64,000 bases of DNA from Lama glama (Eukaryota): positions 18,476,001 through 18,540,000 of the forward strand of contig CM052821.1 in the NCBI GenBank assembly GCA_028534125.1, given 5' to 3'. The notes beneath the pieces were generated by a model. The model saw only the letters and a program-made list of their open reading frames with translations, was not told the DNA's origin and did no database searches. How positions within the stretch are numbered: the first letter of the stretch is position 1; each line of letters begins with the position of its first letter. Both the position numbers and the translations under genes were made by a program. Below are positions 1-12,409 of the stretch, piece by piece.

Positions 1-1112
1 GTAAGGGTAAGGCATTCCTCCATGAATGGTCTGGTTCCCTCCAAGATGATGTGTCAAGTCCAAATGGGTCTTTGGAACATTTTGCTGGCACACTCTCTGA
101 TCCTGACCATTTGCTTTTGGTTTGCTTTCCCACACTGCAGCCTCCTTGTGTATCTTCAGGCCTCTGCCAGTTCTCGGGTCTTCTAAGCACCGACATATCC
201 ACTCAGTGAGGTATGAGGGACGTTCAAAAACCTGTAGGAGTCAAAGTTCTGCCTCATCCATCTGGCCACTTGCCAAGGCCATACTCCATCACCTCACAGG
301 TTGACAAAGAGCCTTCCAATATCTCCTTTTCCTCCCAGATTGCCCACTGACAGGGAAAAACAAATGAACTCTTCTTTGAACTTTCTTAGCAGGACACCTG
401 TACTGAAAACCTGCTTCCCTAATTCTCCTGCTTTTCTCCCTCTGCAGTTCACTGGCATGGAAAAGCAAACATCTCACTTCGTTTTAATACTAGTAAGGAA
501 ATTCCTATTTTCTTTCTGAGGTGACATTTTATAGTCTCTTTTCCTAAAGCCACAGTGGTGGACAGGTTGCGGAGAGGAAATCTAGTTAATAAGAAAAAAA
601 AAAGATGTATCTGGAGAGATTCCAAAATTATTATCCTTATCACACGTATTTTGTGTTAAGTCTCAGTTTCCTCAGCCAAAGAAACTGGAGACAATAATGC
701 CTGGACCTGCCCTCCAGGAGCAAAGAGCTGTGTCTCTCTCCTGAAATCAATTTGGGCAAAAACTCAAAAGTGAAATTTCTTTGAGACATCTATTTCATAG
801 AGGGTTTGCACTCTCAGAAGGTCTCTACTAGCATACAATCCTGCCTGCCAATTTAGCCATAAGGCAGCATGTGAAAATGTGCTCATGCGTGTATACACAC
901 ACCCATGAATACACACACTCACACACACACAAAACCATTCTCCACTTGCACTCTCCTCTTTGAAAACGTCTTCCAATCTGTTAGGCTCAAATAGCAAGAT
1001 GACATCACTAAAAGTTCAATACAGTTATAAGTCTAATGTGTTGACTTTTCTTAAATGATTTTGAAACCTTAAAAACACAACTTACAAATACAAAACCCGT
1101 AAAAATAATTAT

Positions 1113-1425
1113 TTATTCATTCAGTAAATATGTTGTGAGCATTTACTGTATGACAGGTATTGTTTTGAGTTCTTGGATGTATCAGTGATCAAAATAGACC
1201 TCCCCCTCCAAAAAAAAAACAACAACAATATAACAAACAGCAAAGGAGGAGTTTGGGAGATGATAGCTAAATTTATGGCATGGATTGTGGTGATGGTTTC
1301 ACAGGTGTATACTTACCCCCAAACATATCAAATTGTATACATTAAATATCTCGTTTTTTATATACATATCAGACCTCCATAAAGCAGTTTAAAAAAATAG
1401 ACTATGAACCTTACCCTCCCATCTG
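1113..1425 (-). mobile_element. L2 3' end, interrupted by an L1 fragment
   Basis: TTCATTCAGTAAATATGTTGTGAGCATTTACTGTATGACAGG matches the reverse complement of the L2 tail; L2 resumes after 1395. Confidence 0.7.
1200..1394 (+). mobile_element. Old L1 (L1MC-like) 3' end
   Basis: GATTGTGGTGATGGTTTCACAGGTGTATAC...ATCAAATTGTATACATTAAATAT...ATAAAGCAGTTTAAAAAAA; flanked by AAAATAGAC direct repeats (1191-1199, 1395-1403). Confidence 0.75.
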
Positions 1426-1476
1426 ACAAGGATGGAAAAGGGTGAGAAAAAGTGAGGCAGATAATAAGCAAAATAT

Positions 1477-1518
1477 TAAATAAATAAATAAATAAATAAA
1501 TATAAATAAATAAATAAA
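1477..1518. repeat. (TAAA)n microsatellite
   Basis: Visible tandem TAAA units. Confidence 0.9.
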
Positions 1519-2399
1519 ACAAATGAATAATATTATATGTTAGACAAGTAGAACAAGACAAACAGAATATAAATTATTACAATGGGTAAAGTAGTTTCGG
1601 TTGCACCCTTGCTTAACATATTAAAAATTGATTCATTTTTCCTCCTCTAATTTATACCTTCCCAGTGTTAAAGTGATCTCTAACCATCAACAAAGGAAAT
1701 ACTATCTCAGAAAAGTTAAGGCTGCAGACTCTACTTTACTGATCAATCAATTCTTAGTCAGGACCTAGGGTCTGGTGGAAACTCCAGGGTGACTCAAACT
1801 TAATCCCATAACCATCTTTCTACCATCCCTCTTTCCCTCCCTCCCTGTTTTTAGAGTCACAGGGCACTTTATCATGTCAATTGGTCTTTTCAAGCCTTTT
1901 TACACAGTTTTGGTTTCTGTGAGTCAGGCACATTTTCTTGAAATGATGTATTCTTAAAGGTTTACTTGGCCAGCAAGACATAACTGTTGTCTTTTCATTA
2001 TTTTAAATAATTCTGGCATGATTTATTAGCATTATTAGAACTTATGATGCCTTATAAAGCATCTCTTTATAATTGGTCCATCATTCAAGAGGTTTTGTTT
2101 CCTGGAAGACAAGAGATTCAGTTTACTTTTGGGTAATGTGAGTCTATCTGCTTTCAACATACTCTTTCTACTCATGTATTCCTAGACTGCTGGTCACAGT
2201 CTTTCTTATTCTTGGTATAGTTCTTACTCTCTCAGAACTGGGATTACTCACAATTCTGTTTATCTTGTCTACATATAGATATAAAGAAAAGTATATATCT
2301 ATGTTTTATAAAGGGTAACATATTCAATAGAAGAAACAGAACTCTCACATATGCCAACTCCGTCATTCTCTTAAAATTAGTAACAATTAAGCATATTTA

Positions 2400-2720
2400 C
2401 TTTCTTTTGTATTACAGTATCTTTTGTGAACTTTATGTTTTCCCATTTTGAGTATCATTATGAATTCATGGCATCAGGAACTGAACTTGTTCATGAATAA
2501 TTATTTTTTAATGCTCAAATGGTTCCAAGTTGGACAGTGGGAATATCTCAAAAGTTGACTCCGTTGTTCTTTCAGCACTACCCGTGGTATTTTTAAAGCA
2601 TTCCTGCATTCAGAAAAGATCCATCAAGAATGAAATGTTCACCTAGTCTTCAAAGAGCTCTGGTTCAAAGAGTCAGAAGAGAGGGTGAAATCCCAGATGT
2701 TTGAGAGCACAGTTGACATT
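2400..2720 (-). mobile_element. Old L1 (L1MC4/5-like) 3' UTR fragment
   Basis: TTTTTAATGCTCAAATGGTTCCAAGTTGGACAGTGGGAA resembles the recalled L1MC4/MER42 motif. Confidence 0.5.
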
Positions 2721-3102
2721 GTTTTACTGCTCAGCCTCTTCAGTGACAGAACATATTGAGAGTCCACATTTATATTTTTAGTTTAACTTGGATTTCCTGA
2801 AACCATTTTATTTTCTTCTGAAGTATTTTTTTCTACAACATACTTAAATCTAGAATGAGACAGGACTCCTCATAAAGGGTTCAAATCAGTATTATTCTTC
2901 ATTTCTATCTCCTGAGTGAATCTAGAATTCAAATCCTTTTTTCTGCAGCTTCTACTCTTATCTTTCTGCTTGCAAATTGAGGAACATTCCACAAAAGAAA
3001 GGACATCTGAGCCAGATCTTGACAAAACAGAGAATTACTAGCAGACTGGTGTGGGGATAGAAGTGAGGTATAAAGAGTATTCCAGATAAAACTAAACATG
3101 TA

Positions 3103-3312
3103 CAGTTGACCCTTGAACAACACAGGGATTAGGGACACTCATCCTCAGCACAGTTGAAAATCTGATTATAACTTTATAGTTGGCCCTCTGCATCCAAGGT
3201 TCCACCTCCACAGATTCAACCAACTGTAGATCATGAAGTGCTATTTATTGGAAAAAATGCACATATTATTGGGCCCATGCAGTTCAAACCCATGCTGTTC
3301 AAGTGTCAACTG
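3103..3312 (+). mobile_element. Tigger2-derived MITE (MER8/Tigger2a-like, TcMar)
   Basis: TIRs CAGTTGACCCTTGAACA...TGTTCAAGTGTCAACTG with TA target duplications at 3101-3102 and 3313-3314; strand is relative to the other copies. Confidence 0.9.
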
Positions 3313-3795
3313 TAGGTTGACCTATAGGTGCATCATTTACAGAGATCCAGAGGCATGAAAGAGACGTGGAATAAAATGATGCGAGGCGATGGCAGTGACA
3401 AGAGATGAGGGCAACATGGAATGTTTGGTTAGTGCAGGAGAGATCTTGGTTTGCCAGACCACAGAACTTGATTTTTACCCAACGGTTAATCTTAGGGAAA
3501 AAGTGACTAGGTGATTTCAAGAAATGTTCTGGAAAACTAATCAGCAGGATAAACTTATAATAATTTCAAACAAGTAATTTATTTATACCATCAGCCTTCC
3601 TTCAATGTGAAGAGTTAGAGAAAAGGTTAAAGAAGGAATATTTTATGTAAAAAAGTTTTTAAAACAAATCCTTGATATTTTTATCAGCTGAAGTTGATGA
3701 GTCAAGTCCTAATGAAAACATCATCTTATCTCCTAAATATGATGGTATTTATCCTTCTCCTTCACTCACAGAAGAAGGGATACCCTCTGTGCCAC

Positions 3796-4307
3796 TGTGA
3801 TAGCAGAGTTCTAAGATGGCCACCATGACCTCTGCCCCCAAGGTTACGTGTTTGATTAGGTTACATTACATGGCAAGAGTGAAACGATTTTGCAGATGTA
3901 ATTAAGGTCCTAAATTAGTTGACAAATTAATCAAAAAGGAGATTAACTTGGGCGAGAACTTGACTTAACTAGTTGGAAGCCCTTTAAAAGAGAACTTCAG
4001 GCTTCACCGAGGTCAGAAAGAGAGTCGCTTTCTTGCTGCATTTTAAGAAGCAAGCTGCTATAATAAGTTCAACAGGTACAAGGAAATGAACTCTTGTGAT
4101 TATGTGAGCTTGGAAAAGGAATTTTAAACTCAGATGAGACTCCAGACCCAGCTAATACCTTGACTGTAGCTCTGTGACACCCTAAGCAGAGGACCCAGCT
4201 AAGCAGAATCTATACTCCTAAACCATAGAAACTGAAATAATAAGTATATGTTGTTTTAAGCTCTTAAATATGTGGTAATTTGTTACAAAGCAATGAAAAC
4301 TAACACA
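3796..4307 (+). mobile_element. MaLR solo LTR (MLT1E/F-like)
   Basis: Starts TGTGATAGCAGAGTTCTAAGATGGCC, contains TTTTGCAGATGTAATTAAGG, ends TGTGGTAATTTGTTACAAAGCAATGAAAACTAACACA. Confidence 0.85.
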
Positions 4308-4344
4308 CTCATAGAATGGTAAGGAAAATCACATACCTATGAAA

Positions 4345-4603
4345 CAGCAGCGCAGATAATGGTTAAAGGCATAGGGCCTAAAGCCAGGCTACACAGGTTC
4401 ATGTCCCAGCACCACCACCTATTTGCTATGTAACGTTTGGCATGTTCCTTCATGCTTCCATGCCTCAATGTCCTCATTATGAAATAAGGATAAACATAGT
4501 GCGTAGCTCATAGGATTATTTTGAGGGTTAAAGGAGTTAATTTATGCAAAACCCCTAGAAAAGCACCTTGCATGCATTAAGTACACTATAAAACATTCGC
4601 TAT
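4345..4603 (+). mobile_element. MIR, near full length
   Basis: tRNA-like head, core GCCTCAATGTCCTCATTATGAAATAAGGATAA, L2-like tail. Confidence 0.85.
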
Positions 4604-5034
4604 ACTTTTATGATGCTTCTCTACTAATTATAATGGACCAAGATATATCAAAGGCTTTCATCACACATCCCCTTAGCAAATAAAGGTGTCATCCTATTAT
4701 AAACACTCAAGGCGTTTGATAAGAAGATCAAACGTATCACTGTGCTGAGATTCCATAATCAAGTTCAGTCAGAAAAAACAAACATTAAATAAAGGATAAA
4801 TAATGTAAGAAAACATGATCTCAATTTTAAACTACAAAATCTCTTAATGCTCCCCCTTCCCCTAAGATCTGGAGATTAGTCACAGTTTCAAAGTAATCAC
4901 TAAAATGCATAAGCAGCTGCTGAACTCCCGTGTTGTAACTGTTGCATGTTATTTCCAAGGAATTGCACTATGCAAAAATTCTGTATCTATAAAATAAGAT
5001 TGAAGGAAAATACTTTAGGGAAGCTATTCTGCTT

Positions 5035-5170
5035 TGATAGGTAGAAAGACAGATGAATACACACATGTATAGAGTAGATTGGTAGGTAGATAGATAGACA
5101 GACAGATGATAGAACGGATGAATGAATGGATAGATGGGAAGGAGGGAAGGAGGGAGGGAGGAAATAGATG
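5035..5170. repeat. Degenerate (GATA)n/(GAAT)n/(GGGA)n simple repeat
   Basis: Visible tetranucleotide tracts. Confidence 0.8.
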
Positions 5171-5409
5171 AGCTGGAATCTTGATCACAAGGACATACAT
5201 CTTGAACTCCCTGGGTCAAATGAATTGAAATTTTTAAAAAATATATCAAAATATAAGCAAAGCTTTTTCTGAATCAATAAAAATTGTTGATCCGTAACAT
5301 TTTTAAAAATTCAGGCAAAAATGAAAGTGGAAAAAACCTTTCCCTACAATATCCAACTAGAAGGATTTAACCAGGTTAAGGAAAAAGTAATTTGTGGAAT
5401 GAAGTATAC

Positions 5410-5535
5410 TGCTGTCAAAGACCAGATACATCAGAATCCCATGGGAGAACTTCAAAAAATTATAGATATTTAGGTTTCCTCACAGAGAGTCTGACCAAAG
5501 AAGTCTGGAGTACAGGACAGGAAACTGTATTTTTC
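5410..5535. mobile_element. MER5A-like hAT-Charlie MITE fragment
   Basis: CATCAGAATCCCATGGGAGAACTT...GTCTGGAGTACAGGACAGGAAACTGTATTTTT. Confidence 0.6.
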
Positions 5536-5537
5536 TC

Positions 5538-5967
5538 TGTATTAGTTAAGGTAAGGTAGGCTGTAGAAACAAACAGATTCTAAAATGTCAGTAGATAATT
5601 AACACAGTAGAAATTAATTTCTTGCTAACAAAATGGCTCAGAGTGAGGCTGGTGGGGAGGCACCTCTTCATGCAGTCATTCAGTAACCAAGACTCCTTCC
5701 TTCTTGTGACTCCCCCATACCCTGTGGTTTCACTGGCCTTTACTTCCACCAGATGGAAGGAGAAATAGCATGGAGGAACACATGTGGAAAGTTGTAATGG
5801 GCCAGACTAAAAGTGGCATGGATTTTCCCTTTTGCTCTTACTCTTTTAAGGAGAAACCTGTCATATCGCCACCCCTAACTGCAAGGAAGGGAGAGAAATA
5901 TGGTGTAGCTGTTGGGCCAGTAAGAAGAGGAAGTGGACTGCAGTGAACAATAATCAGTCTCTGCCAT
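5538..5967 (-). mobile_element. MaLR LTR (MLT1K/L-like)
   Basis: TGTATTAGTTAAGGTAAGGTAGGCTG start; GCAGTCATTCAG; CCTAACTGCAAGGAAGG; AGTCTCTGCCA end. Confidence 0.8.
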
Positions 5968-6029
5968 GAGTACACCATATGATTTTGACGGACAACTGGT
6001 GCATGGTTGAAAATTCGTAAGTGAAACAT

Positions 6030-6440
6030 AACTTTTGAGTCAAAATAATCTAGGTTTCAAACTTAGTCACTTGACAGCTTTCTGATCTTAGGCAAAATAC
6101 TCCCCCCTCTCTATGCTTTAACCTTTTCAGTTTCTCAACTTTTTTTTTAACATTTTTTATCGATTTATAATCATTTTACAATGTTGTGTCAAATTTCAGT
6201 GTAGAGCACAATTTTTCAGTTATACACGAATATATATACATTCACTGTCATATTTTTTTCTCTGTGAGCTACCATAAGATCTTGTGTATATTTCCCTGTG
6301 CTATACAGTATAATCTTGTTTATCTAGTTCCTCAACTTTTTAAGTGAGGATTTTAAAATCATACATCTTAAGATTCTTGTGAGAGTGGAATGAGATAACA
6401 CATTTAAAATTATTTAAATAATTGGCACTCAGCAATAGCC
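6030..6440 (+). mobile_element. MIR interrupted by a young L1
   Basis: MIR core CAGTTTCTCAAC...GTGAGGAT is split by the insertion. Confidence 0.65.
6144..6325 (-). mobile_element. Young camelid-type L1 3' end, 5'-truncated
   Basis: Poly(T) then TTTACAATGTTGTGTCAAATTTCAGTGTAGAGCAC; TSD AGTT(T/C)CTCAACTTTT at 6129-6143 and 6326-6340. Confidence 0.9.
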
Positions 6441-6574
6441 ATAAATATTTTATTCTAATTGCATTGTTGGTTTGGGAAAAAAAAGAGAAAAAAATGTTCT
6501 GTTATTTGAGCTAGGAAAGCAGATGTATAAGTATCAAATATATTGTTCCAACTGAATTACTGGATTGAGAAGGT

Positions 6575-6720
6575 TTGAGAATCTTAACACAACAGAAGTT
6601 GATTTCTTGCTTTTGGAAGAGATCCTAGTCAGAAGTTCAAGTTAGTGGGCAGCTGTCCTCTAGGTGGTCATTCCGAGATACAATCTTTCTTCATCTGGTG
6701 GCTCTGCCATACCCTAGGGC
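6575..6720 (-). mobile_element. MLT1K-like LTR fragment
   Basis: TTAACACAACAGAAGTTGATTTCTTGCT...CATCTGGTGGCTCTGCCAT, similar to 5600-5720. Confidence 0.55.
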
Positions 6721-7854
6721 AACATCTTATACAGTGTGTAGGGATACACTGGTGACCCAGTATGTGATGTGGTCAGAGCTAAGAATTATGTGTCTTGGTA
6801 TTAGAATATTTGATGTTCACACAGAAAAATTACTCTAATTTAAGAATAAAATGAAAGTAATCTTAAAATATTAAGAGATTGAAAATGTTGGCAGTGTAGC
6901 TCTCAAGCTGAAATTTATAATAATCTGATTATCACATATTTCAATTCAGGGAGTTTGATATATTTTTAGATTTAAGTTTTGCCATATATAAATCTATATC
7001 ATTACACTCAAAGAACCCCATTAGCACTCAGGTCCAGAATTGGACCTGAGTTGTGCAGTGCTTATCATTTGAATCAAGTGATACCATCACAGATGAGCTG
7101 AATTCTGTATAATTGAAAGGATTATAGAGTGGGTCTGAAGTCTGGATTAGTGTGAGCACACTGTCTAATCACTGCAGTTAACTATCAGAAGCAGAGAATG
7201 ATCTTTGTTCAGCATTTCTTGAAGTTGAATTATGTACAGACTTCTTTTACAATAATTTCCACTAAGCCACAAGAATATATACCCATGCTTTTCTGATCTT
7301 CAGATTCTAATTTGAGGAATACCTCTCTAATCAAAATAACCAAGAGGAAAAGATGTCCCTGTGTGCCTCATCTGCTTGGTTTCTCCACCATTTTCCAACT
7401 TCCCTGATTTCAAACCCCACTTCCCCTACCCCCTCGGCATACTCTCACACTTTTGGTGCTGTCCTCCCCAGTAAGCATCTCAGCACATGACTCCCTCCAT
7501 CTGACTTCCCTGATTCCACCCAAGTTTAGCCCTTAGACCTTCCTCCAGTTATGAACTCCTGCTGACCTGACAGACCTGTCAGCACCTGCTCCCACCCCAT
7601 GTGCTTCATTCACAATGTGGTAGCCCATGTTCTCACCTCAGTAGGCTCCCTGCTTCTGAGTTCTTGCCTTGGCTGGATCACATATCAGGGAAGTTGGGGG
7701 AAGAAAACATTCAGGGTACCTTCCAAGTGCCGGTCCTTATAGTATCATTTTGTTTATTACCCTGGTGTCCTTGGGAAATCACCTAAGCACTGCAGTTTCT
7801 TTTCCCACCTCTGCAAAATGAAGATGGTGACGATTTCCCAGGTTCATATCATAG

Positions 7855-8030
7855 CCACTATTTATTTAGGTCCTCATCACGTACCTGGTTCTCTGTTAAG
7901 TGTTGGATGCATTATCTAATTTAATCCTTGTAACATTCCCAAGAAGTAGGTCTTATTATCATGCCCACAATTTCAGATGAGGAAATTGAGGCAAAAGAAG
8001 GTTAAGTGACTCAACCAATTTAGGCACAGT
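7855..8030 (-). mobile_element. MIR
   Basis: TTTCAGATGAGGAAATTGAGGC core. Confidence 0.8.
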
Positions 8031-9864
8031 GCTTGGAACTTCAGAGTTTCCAAGTGGTATCAACTCAGTCAATTTACTTACTTCCTAAAGTGCAATAACA
8101 ACAGAAAACTGCTACGGCTAGAGGTACATTTAGAATAAATACCATAGTCCCATTGTTGCTTGGTTTAGCAGCAATTTTGTGGTGGTTCTTTGCCACACTA
8201 GCCCACTTTACCAAAAACCAAGTAACACAGACTTAAATTTGACCTAGTTTAATAAAAATGTGGGTTGTGGTTCAATTATTCAGCAATTGATTACTAAGAA
8301 TTTAAACAGTTTTCAACAACCACTATAAGTGCAGTCTCTGTCTTGTGGTCTCTCTCTGAAACTAACATTGCTATTTCTGTCATGTACATACTGTAACTCC
8401 TCCCAGACAGCCTGCAAATGCAGAGGGAGCTACATTCCTACAGACACCTTATTTCACAAGGTGTGGATTTAAAGAAGGGTCATGGAATGGATCTTGACAT
8501 GACGTTACAGCGAATTCAATCCCCCAATGTTATCTCTTATGCTTATTACTGGCAGTGGCATTGAAGCCTTGATTTTGCTTCATAATAGTCTATATTATTT
8601 ACTTCCCATTTAATGCGTGCACAAATTCAAGTGGAGAGAAAAGCAGACCAAACCCAGAAGTGCTGGTGTCAAGAAGACTGACAGACTACAAGCTGACACC
8701 CACTGGCTGTGGTTCCCTCCACCACTGGTACTATGCAGCTGAAGTGAGAAGGTAAACAGGTGGCCCAACTTTATGGGAGCCAAAAGTCACCCGTGCCCTG
8801 TCCCCACCACACCCTACTCAGTCTACAAGGCAGGAGGTGTTTCTAATGGAGAGAGAGAGAGAGAGAGACAAGGACTGTATGCCAGATTCCAATGCAAGAG
8901 TGAGCTGTTGCCTTCCTGTTTCCTGTTTGTTTCACAGGCCTCCTTCAGCTACACTGGGATGTCAGAATAAGCAATGTGTTTTGAGTTTGGAAAGGTTTGA
9001 TGTTCCTTTATCCGGGGGTGTTCAACTCATCAGAAGTAAAAACAAGTCAGCTCTCAATAGTATAGTGTGGAAATGTAGCACATCCTACTCTGACATTTCT
9101 CTCCTTAGCCCCAGTTGCTAGATTGTGGTTTCCAGTTTGTTTTGCTTTTTCTTTCTCTTAATTGGTTTTGCTCTTCATGCCAACTATCTTAAGTCCCATT
9201 AACTAAAGCTCTAATATTTTTGAAGTAACAGGGAAAGCTGGTACTGCCACCTGCCAGGACTGAACAAATGGGTTTGCAAATGCACCATAGTTACCAATGA
9301 TTAGCTTCATGCTCTGTGCCGTGGGAGGCTATCTTATTGATGCTTGTGGAGTAGTGGATTTTGTTAGTGGTTTTACTCCTGTCTCCACGGCTCAGTTCCC
9401 TAATCTCAGATGGTTAAATCCACTGCCTCCTACTTCTCTCTCAGAGAAAGTCTGTCTTTCCAGACTCATCTTTTCTGACTTTGGTACAATGACTACTAGG
9501 CATTTCAGGAATGCCTAACATGTGAGGTTTTGTACTCTGGCCATGTTACCCTGGCAATTACCTCTACCTGGAGCCCTAAGCTGTCTGTATGACCATCAAA
9601 GGTGTGAAAGAAGTCAATATTTTGGAAATGTTGTATGCTTCATGTACAGACTTCTTTTACAAGCATTGGCTTGTTAAAACAAAACAAAACACCACTTTTC
9701 TGCATCTATGTCCATGTTCTCAATCAAACAACATTACTTGACCCATTTAGCAAGTTCTCATCACCTGCCTATATTGTATGCCTCACCACCATTAGAGAAT
9801 AAAAAGAATGCAGAAAAACAGTGGCTATGACACTTGACAAGTTTTAATGCTTCTCTACTAGTTA

Positions 9865-9975
9865 CTATCGTATTCTCATTTTACAAAGAAGGAAACTGAG
9901 GCCAGGAGAGGTAAAGGCCTTTGACCAAAGTCACACAGGACTGTCTGGCTCTGTAGCTCACAGCATAACCACCTT
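9865..9975 (-). mobile_element. MIR
   Basis: CATTTTACAAAGAAGGAAACTGAGGCC...AAAGTCACACAG. Confidence 0.75.
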
Positions 9976-12002
9976 GCCAGGTTGCCTCTGGAATTTTCCA
10001 GAGTTGGCACACTAGTCTTAAGTCACTGCCTTTTGTTCTACCCTAGGGAACTATACAGAGTGACCCAGAAGGAAACCTGCTCTGCCTCTAGCTCTCCCTT
10101 AAAGCCCTGGAACTAACAACAAGCCACAAGTCTCCTGCTTCCTCCTTTCAGTGCTGTACTCTCAGCCTTAAGTGGCAGGGCTCCCTGCTCTGCCTTGGCC
10201 CTGGCACCAACCTGCACCAGCTTTAGATTTGGTCCAAATCAACTCCCCAAAGGATCTCTTCTCCATCCCCAAAGCCTACAGAGACTTTACCTGCTTCTGG
10301 TATCTGATTTTTACAACCCTTAGTCCTCTAAAAGACATGTACCTCCACCACTCACTTCCTAACCAGGGGAGGAAAAGAGGGCAGAGGTTCTGATGTCTCC
10401 ACTGTAAGTCTCTGATGGTTATCTCTTCACTAATCCTGGTGGGCTTTGGAATTTGGGAGAGTAAAAGATCACTAGTTATCCTCTGAGAACATACTGAAGT
10501 GTTAAACCATTTAGGAATACCTAAATGTTAGAGGGCAAATAACTGCAAGAAAAACAACCTACAATGAGTGAGAGGGATTTTAAAGTTCTGAGATGAACGT
10601 GTTCTAGCTGGTTTCAGATAAAGCGTCTCATCATAGGAGTGGCTGCTACAATGTAGAAATGAGACCAGGAACCAGGGCTGGGTGATTTATCCTCGTGGAT
10701 ACTGAAAGGGCCAGGACAATGTACAGAGCTGAGATGAAAGGTCCCTGATGAGACAGATGTCAAGGTCCTCTGCAGTCAGAGGAGTTACCATAAATTCAGT
10801 CCATGACAGCCACTGGACTGGGAGAAGAAACAAGCATTCACAGACGTGTCAGGCTCAGCAGGGCTATTACTATTGAAGGAGGGTGGAAGAGGCTATGCTA
10901 AATCAAGGGAATGCTGCTTCCACTTCTCCCTAACATGGAGTGGAGAGCAGGAATGAGAGGAGCATATGCAATCAGCTTTCTCCTCCTGAAAGAATTTCAA
11001 GGGAAGTCACGTCAAAGCCATGGACCTAACCGGGGCCAATAGTTTGAGGAAGTAGAGTGTGGATTCCTCAGTTGGTTTACCTTCTGCAAACTCAAATTCA
11101 TCTAGCATATGTTTATGTAGCACTAACAATATCTATTATTATCACTTCACATGTACAACATAATCCCAGCCAGTAGATTTATTAAGGAAAGACAACACCA
11201 ATAGTGCATAGCACAGAGTGAGAGAGCCTTGTCATCAAGTGCAGAAGGGAAACAGCATGCATTATATAAAACAATGACAGCTTTGCTCTTACTGTCATAC
11301 AATTCATTTTGGTTCTGGCCAGTGCTCCCTCTGGGATAGAGAAGAAATATGAAGTGTAAAAGAGGGAGGTTAAATGGCATGGGGCAGAGAAGTGAAAACC
11401 GACTGGAAAAGAATTATCAAGGGAGAAAACTGTGATAGAACTGGAATGGCCAAGCACTGTCCATAATATCCCAGCCTCATCACAACACAGACACCTTAAT
11501 CATTTTGCCTGGGATTTATTCAAAAGCCTGTGGACAGCAGAATGGTTGTTCTATTTTATTGGATTAGTTGACAGCACACATTCTGAGCACTTAGGCCAGT
11601 ATTTCTGTGCAATTTTGATTTTTTTTTTGTCAGGGTTCAGGATTTGGGGTCTATGGGGAGACAAGCCCAGCCCTACTTCCTCCCAATGTGTTGGTGGAAG
11701 TGGGTGCTGCTGAGTAAAACACTACATAGTTAGGGAAGGCCTGCCTTCCCTGTGCACCAGTTATACAGAGCAATTTTCTTCACCTCAGGAATTCTTAGTC
11801 CTTAACGGATGAATGTGTAATATGATACCCCAAGAGGGAAATACTATATGTACCCATCATAAATACTAGTATACACAAATATAATATGTACATGTCACAA
11901 GTATGTTTAATCAGTGAACTCCTCCCCTCTTTTTTTTTTTTTCCTGCCAATCTGTTACAACAAGACTACTATTCTGCCGAGTCCAATCTGAAAAACACTA
12001 AA

Positions 12003-12409
12003 TGTGATGGTTAATTTTATGTGTCAACTTGGCTGAGCCAAACATTTGGTCAAATATTATTCTTCAAGTTTCTATGAGGGTGTTTTTGAATGATATTTAC
12101 ATTTAAATCAGGGAATTTAAGTAAAGCAGATTGCTCTCCTTAATGTGGGTCGGCCTCAACCAATCAGCTGAAGGCCTGAATAGAACAAAAGGCTTGACTT
12201 CCCCTGAGCAAAAGGGAATTCTGCCAGCAAACTGCCTTTGGACTTGAACTGCAACTCCTTCCTGAGTCTCCAGTCTGCTGACCTTCTCCATCAGATGTGG
12301 GACACACCAAGCCTCCATAATTACAGAAACCAATTTCTTGAAATAAATCTTTATATATGTGTGTGTATGAATATTGGTTCGGTTTCTCTGGAGAACCCTG
12401 ATTAACACA
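12003..12409 (+). mobile_element. ERVL solo LTR (MLT2, MLT2D-like)
   Basis: TGTGATGGTTAATTTTATGTGTCAACTTGGCT...AATAAA...TCTCTGGAGAACCCTGATTAACACA; TSD CTAAA/CTAAG. Confidence 0.92.
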
